A stretch of DNA of 64,000 nucleotides from an uncultured Gammaproteobacteria bacterium (GTDB lineage Bacteria; Actinomycetota; Acidimicrobiia; Spongiisociales; SHLN01). The notes beneath the pieces are model-generated. The model was not told where the DNA came from, searched no databases, and saw only the letters and a program-made list of their open reading frames with translations. The stretch lies in NCBI GenBank assembly GCA_964195905.1, contig CAXMQV010000128.1, forward strand, positions 459 through 64,458, read 5' to 3'. The translations under genes were made by a program, and so were the position numbers. Positions 26,125 through 34,911 of the stretch are shown here, in pieces; positions within the stretch are counted from its first letter, which is position 1, and every line of letters starts with the position of its first letter.

Positions 26125-27951
26125 TCACCTGCCGGGCGAAGGTGAGAAATCGCCACTGACGACGTTCCAGTGGATCTGGGCGTATGGCCCGTACTCGCCG
26201 AAGTGGTTGAGGTATTGCCGATCGGCGAATCCGGTCGTGTTGGTGAAGCGGAAGAAGAACGCGCCTGGCTCGACACTTCGACCGATGGTGCCGAAGTTGC
26301 GGCGGAAGGCTCCGACCGTGTCGATGCCGTCACCCGTCCAGTCGCCCACAAACACTATGTCCCCGTGGGTTCCGTACCAGAACTGCTGATCCACCGACGC
26401 GACCGGCCCGGTGGGAGCGACGTCGTTCAGGTGAACGTGGGCAGCCGAGTAGTAGTACTGAACACCGACCGTCTCCATTCCGTCTCCATTGAAATCCCCT
26501 GAGAACGGTCGACGGCCATTGCTGAATTCGGAGCCGAACCGGTAGGTCTGTTCGGCCGCGAATGTCGCGCCGCTGGGCGGCAAGGTGTTGGATATGAAGA
26601 CCTCACCCTTTGAGAACACGCCCACGGTGTCACATCCGTCCCCATCCCAGTCCCCAGCAAGGACACCACCCCGATCCCGGCTGATCGCGCCGGGCGGGTC
26701 GGCATTGAACCCCGCAATATCGATACGGAACGAAAGCTCTCCGAAACCCGTGGTGTTCGAGTTTCGCAGGTACACGGTGTCGTTCGATTGTCGGTACACA
26801 CCCGGGGTATCGATTCCGTCGCAATCCCAATCACCCAGAAACGGTAGGTCTGCGCTGACGATGGTCCCGCCTATGCCGAAGTAGAAGGTCGTTACCCGAC
26901 CGGTGGCGTCGCGGAGATACCACTTGCCCGTGCCGGGATCCACCAGGCCAATCGGGATGGGGTTGAGCGGCTGCCAAGCCGGCTGTGAGTCCCAGGCCGG
27001 ATGATTGGTCAGGTTGACGGGATCGGTCCCATCGGGGTTGATGATCATGATCTCCGCAGGGCTGATGGCGAGGTCCGACACGGTGGTGGCAATCCGAGAC
27101 CCGTCGGGAGCGATTGCCGGATCCACCAGGTGCGATGCCCCGCCCGGGTTGGGAATCTCGACCTCGCCCGACTCAGACACCAGCAACAGATTGGCCTGTG
27201 TGTCGTTGGTGCCAACGCGGGCAACCGCCATGTAGGCGTGATCGGGTGCCCAGTCGATGCCGCCACTGTTCCACCCGCCTTCGGTGGATTGAACCGGCAC
27301 CGGCACCCCGGTCGCGGCCTCCCACCAAACGGACTCGATCGTGTACACGATGGCCGCGGATTCATCGGCGGTTGCTCCACTGAACGTCCGAACGAAGGCA
27401 ATACGGTGCCGGTGGGGCTGCGGCTGGGAGGACCAGACCGGTGATGAGTCAACAGCACCGAGGGCCCACGCTAATTCGCCCAAACCTGAGGCGGGATCCG
27501 TCAGACGAAGCCGATTGGCGCCGTCGGCGTCTATCGCGAAGATACCGCTCTCAGATGTGAACGCAATGATGCGACCGTCAGGGGACCAGGTTGGCTCCCC
27601 GTCCCTGGCAGGGTTATTGGTGAGGTTGACGAGGTTCGAGCCGTCAGCATCCATCACATAGATCTCGTCGTTTCCGTCCCGGTTCGATACGAACGTGATC
27701 CGTAACCCGTCCGGGGACCAGGCAGGAGCCCGGTCATTAGCCGGGTGATTGGTGAGGTTGACAAGGTCGGAGCCGTCGGCGCCCATGAGGTAGATCTCGT
27801 CGTTCCCGTCTCGGTCGGACACGAAGGCAATCCTGCCGTTGTCTCCCGGCACGACCGCCACGGCCACCTCCGAATCGACGACAACGACAGCCGCCACCAG
27901 CAAACAACACAACAAGACCGGGAACCAACGGGCACGTCGAACGACGGCCAT
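26125..27951 (-). CDS. Secreted protein: TolB-like PD40 beta-propeller repeats plus C-terminal GDWDGDG-type (FG-GAP-like) repeats
   Basis: Signal-like N-terminus MAVVRRARWFPVLLCCLLVAAVVV. Repeated ..GRIAFVSDRDGNDEIY.. and ..NDRAPAWSPDG... C-terminal half has 4-5 GDW(D/T)GDGxDTxG repeats. AGGAGG precedes the ATG at 27951. Confidence 0.8.
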   Translation of the reverse strand: MAVVRRARWFPVLLCCLLVAAVVVVDSEVAVAVVPGDNGRIAFVSDRDGNDEIYLMGADGSDLVNLTNHPANDRAPAWSPDGLRITFVSNRDGNDEIYVMDADGSNLVNLTNNPARDGEPTWSPDGRIIAFTSESGIFAIDADGANRLRLTDPASGLGELAWALGAVDSSPVWSSQPQPHRHRIAFVRTFSGATADESAAIVYTIESVWWEAATGVPVPVQSTEGGWNSGGIDWAPDHAYMAVARVGTNDTQANLLLVSESGEVEIPNPGGASHLVDPAIAPDGSRIATTVSDLAISPAEIMIINPDGTDPVNLTNHPAWDSQPAWQPLNPIPIGLVDPGTGKWYLRDATGRVTTFYFGIGGTIVSADLPFLGDWDCDGIDTPGVYRQSNDTVYLRNSNTTGFGELSFRIDIAGFNADPPGAISRDRGGVLAGDWDGDGCDTVGVFSKGEVFISNTLPPSGATFAAEQTYRFGSEFSNGRRPFSGDFNGDGMETVGVQYYYSAAHVHLNDVAPTGPVASVDQQFWYGTHGDIVFVGDWTGDGIDTVGAFRRNFGTIGRSVEPGAFFFRFTNTTGFADRQYLNHFGEYGPYAQIHWNVVSGDFSPSPGR

Positions 27952-28179
27952 CACGCCTCCTTTCGGAGCCACCACCAACGTAAGCCTTGTGCGCCTCCGC
28001 AATAGAGGAAAACGGCACCCCGCAATAGTCAGCACCCTGCCCTGCCCACCACAACCGATCCTCGATCTGGCGACGCCACCCGCGGCCGGTCCCCCACCAG
28101 ATCACCAAACATGGGCGATATCGCCTCAACCTGATCATGCGCGAGATCTGCACTGATACGCTCGGTGGGGATGTCTCGG

Positions 28180-28941
28180 CTATCCCTCGAAGATCACACC
28201 TTTGCAGCTGATGGCGCCCTCGGCCTTGCCGAATTCGTCGACGTGCACCTCGACCACCTGTTCGCCGCGCTCCTTGAGCATCGCAATAGTGCGTGGGGCA
28301 GATGCGTCCGCCAGCAACGAGTCGCCGATGCGAACCACGTTGGCGCCTTGCGGCTCGTCCGGATGGGTCGTAAGCATCTCGGCATCGAGGAATCCGAGAT
28401 CCACGAAGGCCGGATGGGCGATGATCGTCTCCTCGTCCACAACCGTCGCCGCCGACTTGAGGTGGAGCACGTCCCGGATGGGTACACCTTGCACCATGTA
28501 CCCGAAGGGCCCGAGGAGATCGCCGAGCGCCCCGATCCCGACCGCGTTTGACCGGGTCGTCTCCCCAACCAGAATGCGCTTGCCGAACACGATCACATCT
28601 CCGCCATCGAGCGTGGCAGGCGCCTCCATCGCAACGCAGTCGCGGTAGCCGGCAAGGGCTGCCGCCATCGATGGAACCTCACCTTGACGCGATGGCGCTC
28701 CGGGTCGCAGCAGAACTGCTACCTCCGGGAGCGCAAGCGCCGTGTCTTCCACGAACACGGCATCGGGATAGCCCGGAAGCCTGGGCAACTCAACCACGGC
28801 AACATCAAGGGATCGGAGCACTTCCAGGTAGTCGTCGTGTTGAACACGCGCTCGCTCAACGTCGATGGGAATCCGGTCGATGTGGGTCAGCTCGCAATCG
28901 AGCAGTTCCTCGCCGGTAGGACGGGTGAGGGCGATCAGCAC
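28180..28941 (-). CDS. Dimethylarginine dimethylaminohydrolase / amidinotransferase-family protein
   Basis: 253 aa; ..AVFVEDTA.., ..LDGGDVIVFG.., ..HLKSA.. and the catalytic-type Cys near the C-terminus (..GAISCKGVIFE) fit the DDAH fold. Confidence 0.8.
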   Translation of the reverse strand: MLIALTRPTGEELLDCELTHIDRIPIDVERARVQHDDYLEVLRSLDVAVVELPRLPGYPDAVFVEDTALALPEVAVLLRPGAPSRQGEVPSMAAALAGYRDCVAMEAPATLDGGDVIVFGKRILVGETTRSNAVGIGALGDLLGPFGYMVQGVPIRDVLHLKSAATVVDEETIIAHPAFVDLGFLDAEMLTTHPDEPQGANVVRIGDSLLADASAPRTIAMLKERGEQVVEVHVDEFGKAEGAISCKGVIFEG

Positions 28942-29007
28942 GCCACCACGCTAGTTGCACACTCAAAGACCCGGCCAGGCCGAGCACTGCCGGTACCCTC
29001 CCGGACC

Positions 29008-29832
29008 ATGTCAGACAGCAATCGCTGGGCCGCCGACGACGTCATCGACGCCGACAAGCAAGCCGCCATAGCCCCCGACATCGAGGTCCCGCTCGGAATT
29101 GTGCTCACGCACCGTTCGACCAAAATCACCGGACGGGTGATCGCATTCACTGAGGGCCAACGGATCGTCCTGAAGGATGCCGCCGGACAACAACACGAGT
29201 TCGCTCCCATCGACGGGTTCTTCGAACACGACGGACTCAGGGTCGCTCTCAGGGCTCCGAGAACCACCGGGAAGACTGCTCCCCGCTTCACCCCCTCGGG
29301 GTCCGTCGAGGTCGGCGCCTCCCGAGCCAAGGTCGCCCGCGCCAGCCGGATATGGGTGGAGGGTATTCATGACGCTGAACTCATTGAGAAGATCTGGGGC
29401 GATGATCTGCGGGAAGAAGGCGTCGTGGTTGAGCCGCTGCATGGCGCCGACGATCTGGCGGCGGCGGTTCGTGACTTCGAGCCCGGTCCGGCACGGCGGC
29501 TCGGTGTCCTTCTCGACCACCTCGTCGAAGGATCCAAGGAATCCCGCCTGGCCGCCGAGGTGACGAGTCCGCATGTGCTGATCACCGGCCACCCCTACGT
29601 CGACATTTGGCAGGCCATCAAGCCGGCCGCTTTCGGCATCGACGCATGGCCGCTCGTGCCCCGGAGTGAACCGTGGAAAGAAGGGGTCGTCGCCGCCCTC
29701 GGGTTTCGAGAGGAGACGGGACAGTTCTGGAGGGGGGTGCTGGCATCGGTCGCGACCTACGCCGACGTTGAGACACCGCTCGTGAACGCAGTGGAGCAGC
29801 TTCTCGATTTCGTGGCGGGACAGGACGACTAG
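29008..29832 (+). CDS. DUF3097 family protein (actinobacterial conserved hypothetical)
   Basis: ..RIWVEGIHDAELIEKIWGDDLR.., ..VLITGHPYVDIWQAIKP.. match my recollection of DUF3097. Start trimmed to the ATG at 29008. Confidence 0.7.
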   Translation: MSDSNRWAADDVIDADKQAAIAPDIEVPLGIVLTHRSTKITGRVIAFTEGQRIVLKDAAGQQHEFAPIDGFFEHDGLRVALRAPRTTGKTAPRFTPSGSVEVGASRAKVARASRIWVEGIHDAELIEKIWGDDLREEGVVVEPLHGADDLAAAVRDFEPGPARRLGVLLDHLVEGSKESRLAAEVTSPHVLITGHPYVDIWQAIKPAAFGIDAWPLVPRSEPWKEGVVAALGFREETGQFWRGVLASVATYADVETPLVNAVEQLLDFVAGQDD

Positions 29833-29838
29833 CCGTCC

Positions 29839-30294
29839 TTACTGAATGCGCCCGTCTACGGTCTCCAGGATGATGGTGACCGGTCCGTCGTTGACGAGAT
29901 CAACTTTCATATGTGCGCCGAACTCTCCGGTGGCGACCCGCAGCCCGTGCCCGGCGACCGCCTCGGCAAGCTGTTGAACGAGCGGATCGGCTAGCTCGGG
30001 GGCGGCGGCGTGCGCAAAGGACGGGCGGCGCCCCTTGCGAACATCGGCCAGCAGGGTGAATTGGCTGATCACGAGGACTTCGCCCCCGGCCTCAAGCACA
30101 GAACGGTTCATCTTGCCGTCGTCGTCAGGGAAGATCCTTAGCCCGGCCAGCTTGTCAGAGAGAGCGATTACATCTGCTTCGGTGTCACCGTCGCCCACGC
30201 CGACCAGGGCTGCCAGCCCCAGCCCGATCTCACCCACGATCCGCCCGCCCACCGAGACGGAGGCCCGAGATACCCGCTGCACGACGGCCTTCAT
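29839..30294 (-). CDS. dtd: D-aminoacyl-tRNA deacylase
   Basis: MKAVVQRVSRASVSV..GLAALVGVGDGD..VLVISQFTL..GRRPSF.. is canonical Dtd. Confidence 0.95.
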   Translation of the reverse strand: MKAVVQRVSRASVSVGGRIVGEIGLGLAALVGVGDGDTEADVIALSDKLAGLRIFPDDDGKMNRSVLEAGGEVLVISQFTLLADVRKGRRPSFAHAAAPELADPLVQQLAEAVAGHGLRVATGEFGAHMKVDLVNDGPVTIILETVDGRIQ

Positions 30295-31163
30295 CGGCTG
30301 GCGGCGGGTTCGCGATCAGAGCCGAGCCGGGTGATGAGGAACACAAGGCTGGCACCGATCACCGCTAACAGGAACGGTGCCGCGAACTTATCTGCAACCG
30401 GCCCGGACAATTCCGGACCATCGATGCCGTTCGGCCAGGGCCACAGCACCCTGAGCGACCCGAGCAGCAACCCGGTGATAGCCGCCATCACGAGATCGTG
30501 ATGGGAGTCGAGCGCCCGGTGCAGGACCGAGGAGAAGAGGGCCAGGCCAATCACCGCTCCGAGAATGAACACGAGCAACACCAGGATGTCGCGGTCGTTA
30601 ACGGCCGCCAGCACCGCCTCGTACATGCCGAGCATGAGAAGGAGAAACGACCCTGAGACGCCGGGGAGAATCATGGCGCAGATGGCGACCGCGCCCGCCA
30701 CGAAGAAGATCCAGGTGGCGGGACTATCTGCCTCTCCGCCCCGGAGACCGAGGAGGAAGAAGGCACCTATCGCTACCAAGGCGAAGGTGGCGATCCGAGT
30801 CGAATCCCAGCGTGACACCATCCCCGAAGCAACAAACACGGATGCAATGACCAGCCCGAAGAACAGGGCCGACATCTCAACCGGGTAATCGTCAAGCAGA
30901 CCCTCGATCACTTTCGCAAGCGACACAAGAGCAACGGCCATTCCGGCGAGGAGAGGAAGCAAGAATGACCACTCGATGGCGCCGAGTCGTTCTATTGCGT
31001 CGGAGAATCGAAGCCGGACAAAAGCGCCGAGGGCGCCGGCACCCTGGCGAATGTTGGCGATCAGTCGCGGGTAGATGCCAACGATGAGGGCGATCGTGCC
31101 ACCCGACACGCCGGGGACCACGTCGGCCGATCCCATGAGAAATCCTCGGATGAAGTGCAGCAT
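30291..31163 (-). CDS. DUF368 domain membrane protein (family implicated in undecaprenyl-phosphate recycling)
   Basis: ..GSADVVPGVSGGTIALIVGIY.. and a second ..LPGVSGSFLLLMLGMY.. repeat. 4-nt overlap with dtd. Confidence 0.9.
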   Translation of the reverse strand: MLHFIRGFLMGSADVVPGVSGGTIALIVGIYPRLIANIRQGAGALGAFVRLRFSDAIERLGAIEWSFLLPLLAGMAVALVSLAKVIEGLLDDYPVEMSALFFGLVIASVFVASGMVSRWDSTRIATFALVAIGAFFLLGLRGGEADSPATWIFFVAGAVAICAMILPGVSGSFLLLMLGMYEAVLAAVNDRDILVLLVFILGAVIGLALFSSVLHRALDSHHDLVMAAITGLLLGSLRVLWPWPNGIDGPELSGPVADKFAAPFLLAVIGASLVFLITRLGSDREPAASR

Positions 31164-31193
31164 TGAGCGATCAGCGTAGTTGCGAGCGGTGGC

Positions 31194-31358
31194 TCAGTTG
31201 CGGCGCCCGGACCGGCCTCGCCAGGTGAGGATGGACTCGGCCACCCACTCGGCGGGTATGAGGTAGCTGCCGGAGGAGATCTGCCGGACAAGATCCTGAA
31301 TGCGATCTGTCCTGCTCTTTGGCCGGCTGGCGTCGATCTTCTGAGGTGGTCTGTCCAT
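31194..31358 (-). CDS. Possible FlgM-like anti-sigma factor domain protein (54 aa)
   Basis: MDRPPQKIDASRPKSRTDRIQDLVRQISSGSYLIPAEWVAESIL.. follows the FlgM C-terminal pattern R-I-x2-L-x3-I-x2-G-x-Y-x-I-x4-VA-x2-IL. No obvious SD sequence. Confidence 0.4.
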   Translation of the reverse strand: MDRPPQKIDASRPKSRTDRIQDLVRQISSGSYLIPAEWVAESILTWRGRSGRRN

Positions 31359-31978
31359 GGCTACTATTTCGACCACTCTTAGTGGTGGTTTGAGGACTAT
31401 TGACGAATAGCACGTTGTAGCTAGACAGTTGACAGTTGGTGGAGTCACCGCTTTGGGTGGTGAACTCGTTACTCGCGGCCCGAATTCCTCCCCTCCATGG
31501 GGTGTCGGGTCGCGGTTGGGTGCGACACCTGGATCCGGGTTTGAATTCCCCTCCCTCAGGGAGGGGGCGAACCCTCCGGGTTCGGAGCTCCGACGAAGGA
31601 GGAGCCGGAGTGGGCCTCTCGGGCGAATCACCCGTGTTTCGCTCGGGTGTTGATAGGTGCAGTGGAGACTCATCCCAACCCCGCTGACGCTCGGCCACTC
31701 AGAACCACCGAATGTGACGCATCACTCGCGAAGCACGACCCATGAGGGAGGGGTGGCCGAGCGAAGCGAGGTCGGGTGGGAGAGGCCAGGAAGCCACCAA
31801 CCGACGAGATCGTTGACGACCCCATGCCTCCCCCCATCCGACCTCGGCGAAGCGCCGAGCCCACCTTCCCCTCAAGGGGGAGGAAGAAGATCGGGTGAGG
31901 TGAACGCAGCAGATCACCTCCGGGGGAAGAAAGGCGGTCGGCGGTCGGCGGCAACGCCTCCGGCGTTCGGGTCAGTCC
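31359..31978. other. ORF-free, hairpin-dense 620-bp spacer
   Basis: Perfect stems: 31502-07/31523-28, 31548-55/31559-66 (8 bp), 31629-34/31644-49, 31843-49/31853-59 (7 bp), 31953-58/31962-67. Also short heptamer runs at 31424-44 and 31933-53. Confidence 0.6.
31953..31967 (-). terminator. Hairpin aacgcc-gga-ggcgtt 12 nt downstream of the ychF stop
   Basis: Perfect 6-bp stem. No U-tract, so the function is inferred. Confidence 0.3.
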
Positions 31979-33070
31979 CTACACGTTGAAGCGGAAGAGG
32001 ATGATGTCGGCTTCCTGGACGATGTAGTCCTTGCCTTCCAGGCGCCATCGACCCGCCTCCTTGGCGGCCTGTTCGCCTCCGAGCTCGATGAAGTGGTCGT
32101 AGCCGATTACCTCGGCCCGGATGAAGCCCTTCTCGAAATCGGTATGAATCGAGCCGGCAACCTCGGGAGCCTTCTCCCCGTGACGGAACGGCCAGGCGCG
32201 AACCTGCTTCTCCCCCGCCGTGAAGAACGTGTTGAGGCCGAGCAATTCGTATCCGGCCCGGATGACCCGGTTGAGGCCCGGCTCGGTCTGGCCGAGATCG
32301 GCCAGGAAGTCGGCCCGGTCGACAGGGTCGAGGACGGCGATCTCGCCCTCGACGGCCGCACAGATGACGACCACCGTCGAGTGTTGCGCAGCCGCGTACT
32401 CACGAACGAGATCGACATACTGATTGCCGAGCGCTCCGGCCTCATCAACGTTGGCGATGTACTCAACGGGCTTCATCGTGAGAAGGAACAGGTCATGTAC
32501 CACCAGGCGCTCGGCGGCGGTCAGATCGAGGATTCGGGCAGGCTTGCCCTCGTCGAGGTGAGCGAGGAGCCGATCGAGAGCGCCAACCGCCACCTGAGCC
32601 TCGTTGTCCCCCGACCTGGCCTTGCGGCCGAAGCGGTCGAGCGAGCGCTCGACGCTGGCAAAGTCGGCGTAGATGAGCTCGAGGTTGATGGTCTCGATAT
32701 CCCGAATGGGGTCGACGTTGCCGTCCACGTGAACGACATCGTCGTCATCGAAGCACCGGACGACGTGGACGATTGCATTGGTCTCTCTGATATGAGAGAG
32801 GAACTTGTTGCCGAGCCCCTCACCCCTGGAGGCCCCCTCTACCAGGCCGGCGATATCCACGAACTCGATGGCAGTGGGAACGATCTCCCCCGGCTTCACG
32901 ATGTCGGAGATCGTACCCAAGCGAAGGTCGGGAACGAGTGCCACGCCCAGATTGGGTTCGATCGTCGTAAACGGATAGTTCTCGGCCGGGATGCCGGCAC
33001 CGGTGAGCGCGTTGAACAGGGTGGACTTCCCCACATTGGGTAGGCCGACGATTCCACATTTGATTCCCAT
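31979..33070 (-). CDS. ychF: Redox-regulated ribosome-binding ATPase YchF
   Basis: MGIKCGIVGLPNVGKSTLFNALT.., ..FVDIAGLVEGAS.G.GLGNKFL.., C-terminal ..DGDIILFRFNV-type ending. Start trimmed to the ATG at 33070. Confidence 0.95.
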   Translation of the reverse strand: MGIKCGIVGLPNVGKSTLFNALTGAGIPAENYPFTTIEPNLGVALVPDLRLGTISDIVKPGEIVPTAIEFVDIAGLVEGASRGEGLGNKFLSHIRETNAIVHVVRCFDDDDVVHVDGNVDPIRDIETINLELIYADFASVERSLDRFGRKARSGDNEAQVAVGALDRLLAHLDEGKPARILDLTAAERLVVHDLFLLTMKPVEYIANVDEAGALGNQYVDLVREYAAAQHSTVVVICAAVEGEIAVLDPVDRADFLADLGQTEPGLNRVIRAGYELLGLNTFFTAGEKQVRAWPFRHGEKAPEVAGSIHTDFEKGFIRAEVIGYDHFIELGGEQAAKEAGRWRLEGKDYIVQEADIILFRFNV

Positions 33071-33150
33071 GACAAGCTCGCAGATGGAGAGTTGAGCGCC
33101 GGAACAGTAGCTCACGGTGTTCTTTTCTCGAGAACTGCCGATACAGCTGC

Positions 33151-33741
33151 ATGGAGGAGTTTGCAGGAACCGTTCGGTTGGTCAATGACGACGTGACGTT
33201 GCAGGCCGTACTGCTCGTTGCCGACAACCGGCTGCGCGTGTCCGCTCAGGAGCACAAGATCGGTGACTGGAAGCTGACCGACATCTCGACTCGCATGCTG
33301 CCCGACGGCTGTCACCTGGCGGTCGAAGGAGAAGAGCTCGTTGTGTCGGTCTCTGAGCCGCATCGGTTCGCGGAGGCCATCGGTCCCTCCATGGAGAATC
33401 CCGGGGATGGATCGCTCAGGAGCCTCGGCGATCGTGACCGGAGAGACAAGGAGCCAAGGGAGCGTCCCGAACGGGAGGACACCTTCGCCGATCGCATGCC
33501 TCCGGTCACCCCGCTGGTCCTGATCGGCATCGCCACGGTGGGGCTGCTGGCGCTGTGGGCACCACTCGTGCTCGTGGCCCTTGTGTTGACCGGTGCACTC
33601 GCCAGCCTTCTCGTCGGTGGATTCGCGCTCATGGACCCGTTCACCGCCGTACGGTTGCCCGACCGGATAACACCCAGCCGTCTCTTCCGGGCCGGCGTCG
33701 GCGGGCTAATGATTGCCATGCTGCTCGCCGTGCTCCTGTGA
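33151..33741 (+). CDS. Hypothetical membrane protein (soluble N-terminal domain plus two C-terminal TM spans)
   Basis: 196-aa ORF with TM spans LVLIGIATVGLLALWAPLVLVALVLTGALASLLVGGF and GGLMIAMLLAVLL. No recognised domain. Confidence 0.55.
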   Translation: MEEFAGTVRLVNDDVTLQAVLLVADNRLRVSAQEHKIGDWKLTDISTRMLPDGCHLAVEGEELVVSVSEPHRFAEAIGPSMENPGDGSLRSLGDRDRRDKEPRERPEREDTFADRMPPVTPLVLIGIATVGLLALWAPLVLVALVLTGALASLLVGGFALMDPFTAVRLPDRITPSRLFRAGVGGLMIAMLLAVLL

Positions 33742-33742
33742 G

Positions 33743-34360
33743 CTACCGGACGACTACCACCACGGCTAGGCCCAGAACGAGAAGATTGCCGGCCAGGATG
33801 GTGCCGACCCGTACTCGCTGCGAAAGCCGGTGACCGGCTATCGATCCGACCGCCGCCAGCAGCAGCTGCCACGAGAGGGATGCCAGGAACGCTCCTCCCA
33901 CAAATATCGCCCCGCCTCCCAGGCTGAGCCCGTCGGCCAGCCCGAGCCCGACCACGAACGCCGCGAAGTAGACGACGGTGAGCGGGTTGATGATTGTCAA
34001 TCCAAGGAACCGGAGGTAGGTCCCGACCAACTCGGCCCGGTCAGGCATAGCGGCCGCGGTCGGGTTCTCCGCCCCACCGCGGCGAAGACGCCACAGACCG
34101 GCGATGGCAAGCAAGGCCAACACGGCGCCGCTCAGGAGTCGGAGTGGTGTTTCGACCGATTCGACGGCCGCGGCGAGGGCAGCTCCGCCTCCGACGGCTG
34201 CCGTCGCGTATACGAGATCGGCGGAAGCGGCACCGGCGCCGGCGAAGGCTGCGCACCGAAACCCACAGCGCATGCCGACTTCGACGATGAGCACCGCGAT
34301 GGCGCCGACCGGGATGGCGATGCCGTACCCGGCAAGTACTCCATTGAGAAACGCTTCCAT
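33743..34360 (-). CDS. LysE/RhtB-family amino-acid exporter
   Basis: 205 aa, MEAFLNGVLAGYGIAIPVGAIAVLIV.., about six TM spans, ..NPLTVVYFAAF.. is typical of the LysE family. Confidence 0.85.
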   Translation of the reverse strand: MEAFLNGVLAGYGIAIPVGAIAVLIVEVGMRCGFRCAAFAGAGAASADLVYATAAVGGGAALAAAVESVETPLRLLSGAVLALLAIAGLWRLRRGGAENPTAAAMPDRAELVGTYLRFLGLTIINPLTVVYFAAFVVGLGLADGLSLGGGAIFVGGAFLASLSWQLLLAAVGSIAGHRLSQRVRVGTILAGNLLVLGLAVVVVVR

Positions 34361-34561
34361 GCTTCAACTACCTCGAAGAGTACATTCTGAACCAATCAAG
34401 TCGTGATCCGCACTCTGAGCCATGGACGGTGAAGCACCCGCGGAAGCCGGTTCCCAACCCAGCCGGAACTCGGAATCGCCGCCCGCCCTGTGTGCCGGCC
34501 GAGCCCCGGAGCACCAGGCTGCTCGGCTACCTCGACGGCTCACCGAAACGGCCCTGCCCCC

Positions 34562-34837
34562 TCAGTCACGGTCCGCCCAATAGGCCTCTGCCTCGGCTTC
34601 CATGCGGCCGAGACGTGTGTAGTAATCGGGGAATTCTCGGAGGTGGGCGAGCGCAATCTTGCCGGTTGCTGCCAGGTCGTCGTCGGTTACGTTGGTTCCG
34701 GAATCGTGCGTGCCGTGTTCCAATTCGACGGCCAGTCCCATACGGAACTCCTCGACAGGAATCCGGTCCCAATCAACGCCAACGATGTCGCCGATCGACC
34801 TTGCTTCATCCGCAGTGAACTCACGCTTCGCCATCAT
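34562..34837 (-). CDS. Small conserved hypothetical protein (LEHG..IALAHL.E.PDYY motif)
   Basis: MMAKREFTADEARSIGDIVGVDWDRIPVEEFRMGLAVELEHGTHD..KIALAHLREFPDYYTRL... Start trimmed to the ATG pair at 34837/34834. Confidence 0.6.
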   Translation of the reverse strand: MMAKREFTADEARSIGDIVGVDWDRIPVEEFRMGLAVELEHGTHDSGTNVTDDDLAATGKIALAHLREFPDYYTRLGRMEAEAEAYWADRD

Positions 34838-34911
34838 GCCTCCATGGCCGGGAACTACCAAGAAGCCTAGGTCTGGTCGATCCTCTCGCTCCCTCGCCGG
34901 CGGGGAGTGGC

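Noticed and set aside
31530-31570. GGGTTTGAATTCCC resembles a tRNA T-arm/T-loop.
   Set aside because: I could not build an acceptor stem, D-arm or anticodon arm around it. The flanking 8-bp cccctccc/gggagggg stem is incompatible with a cloverleaf.
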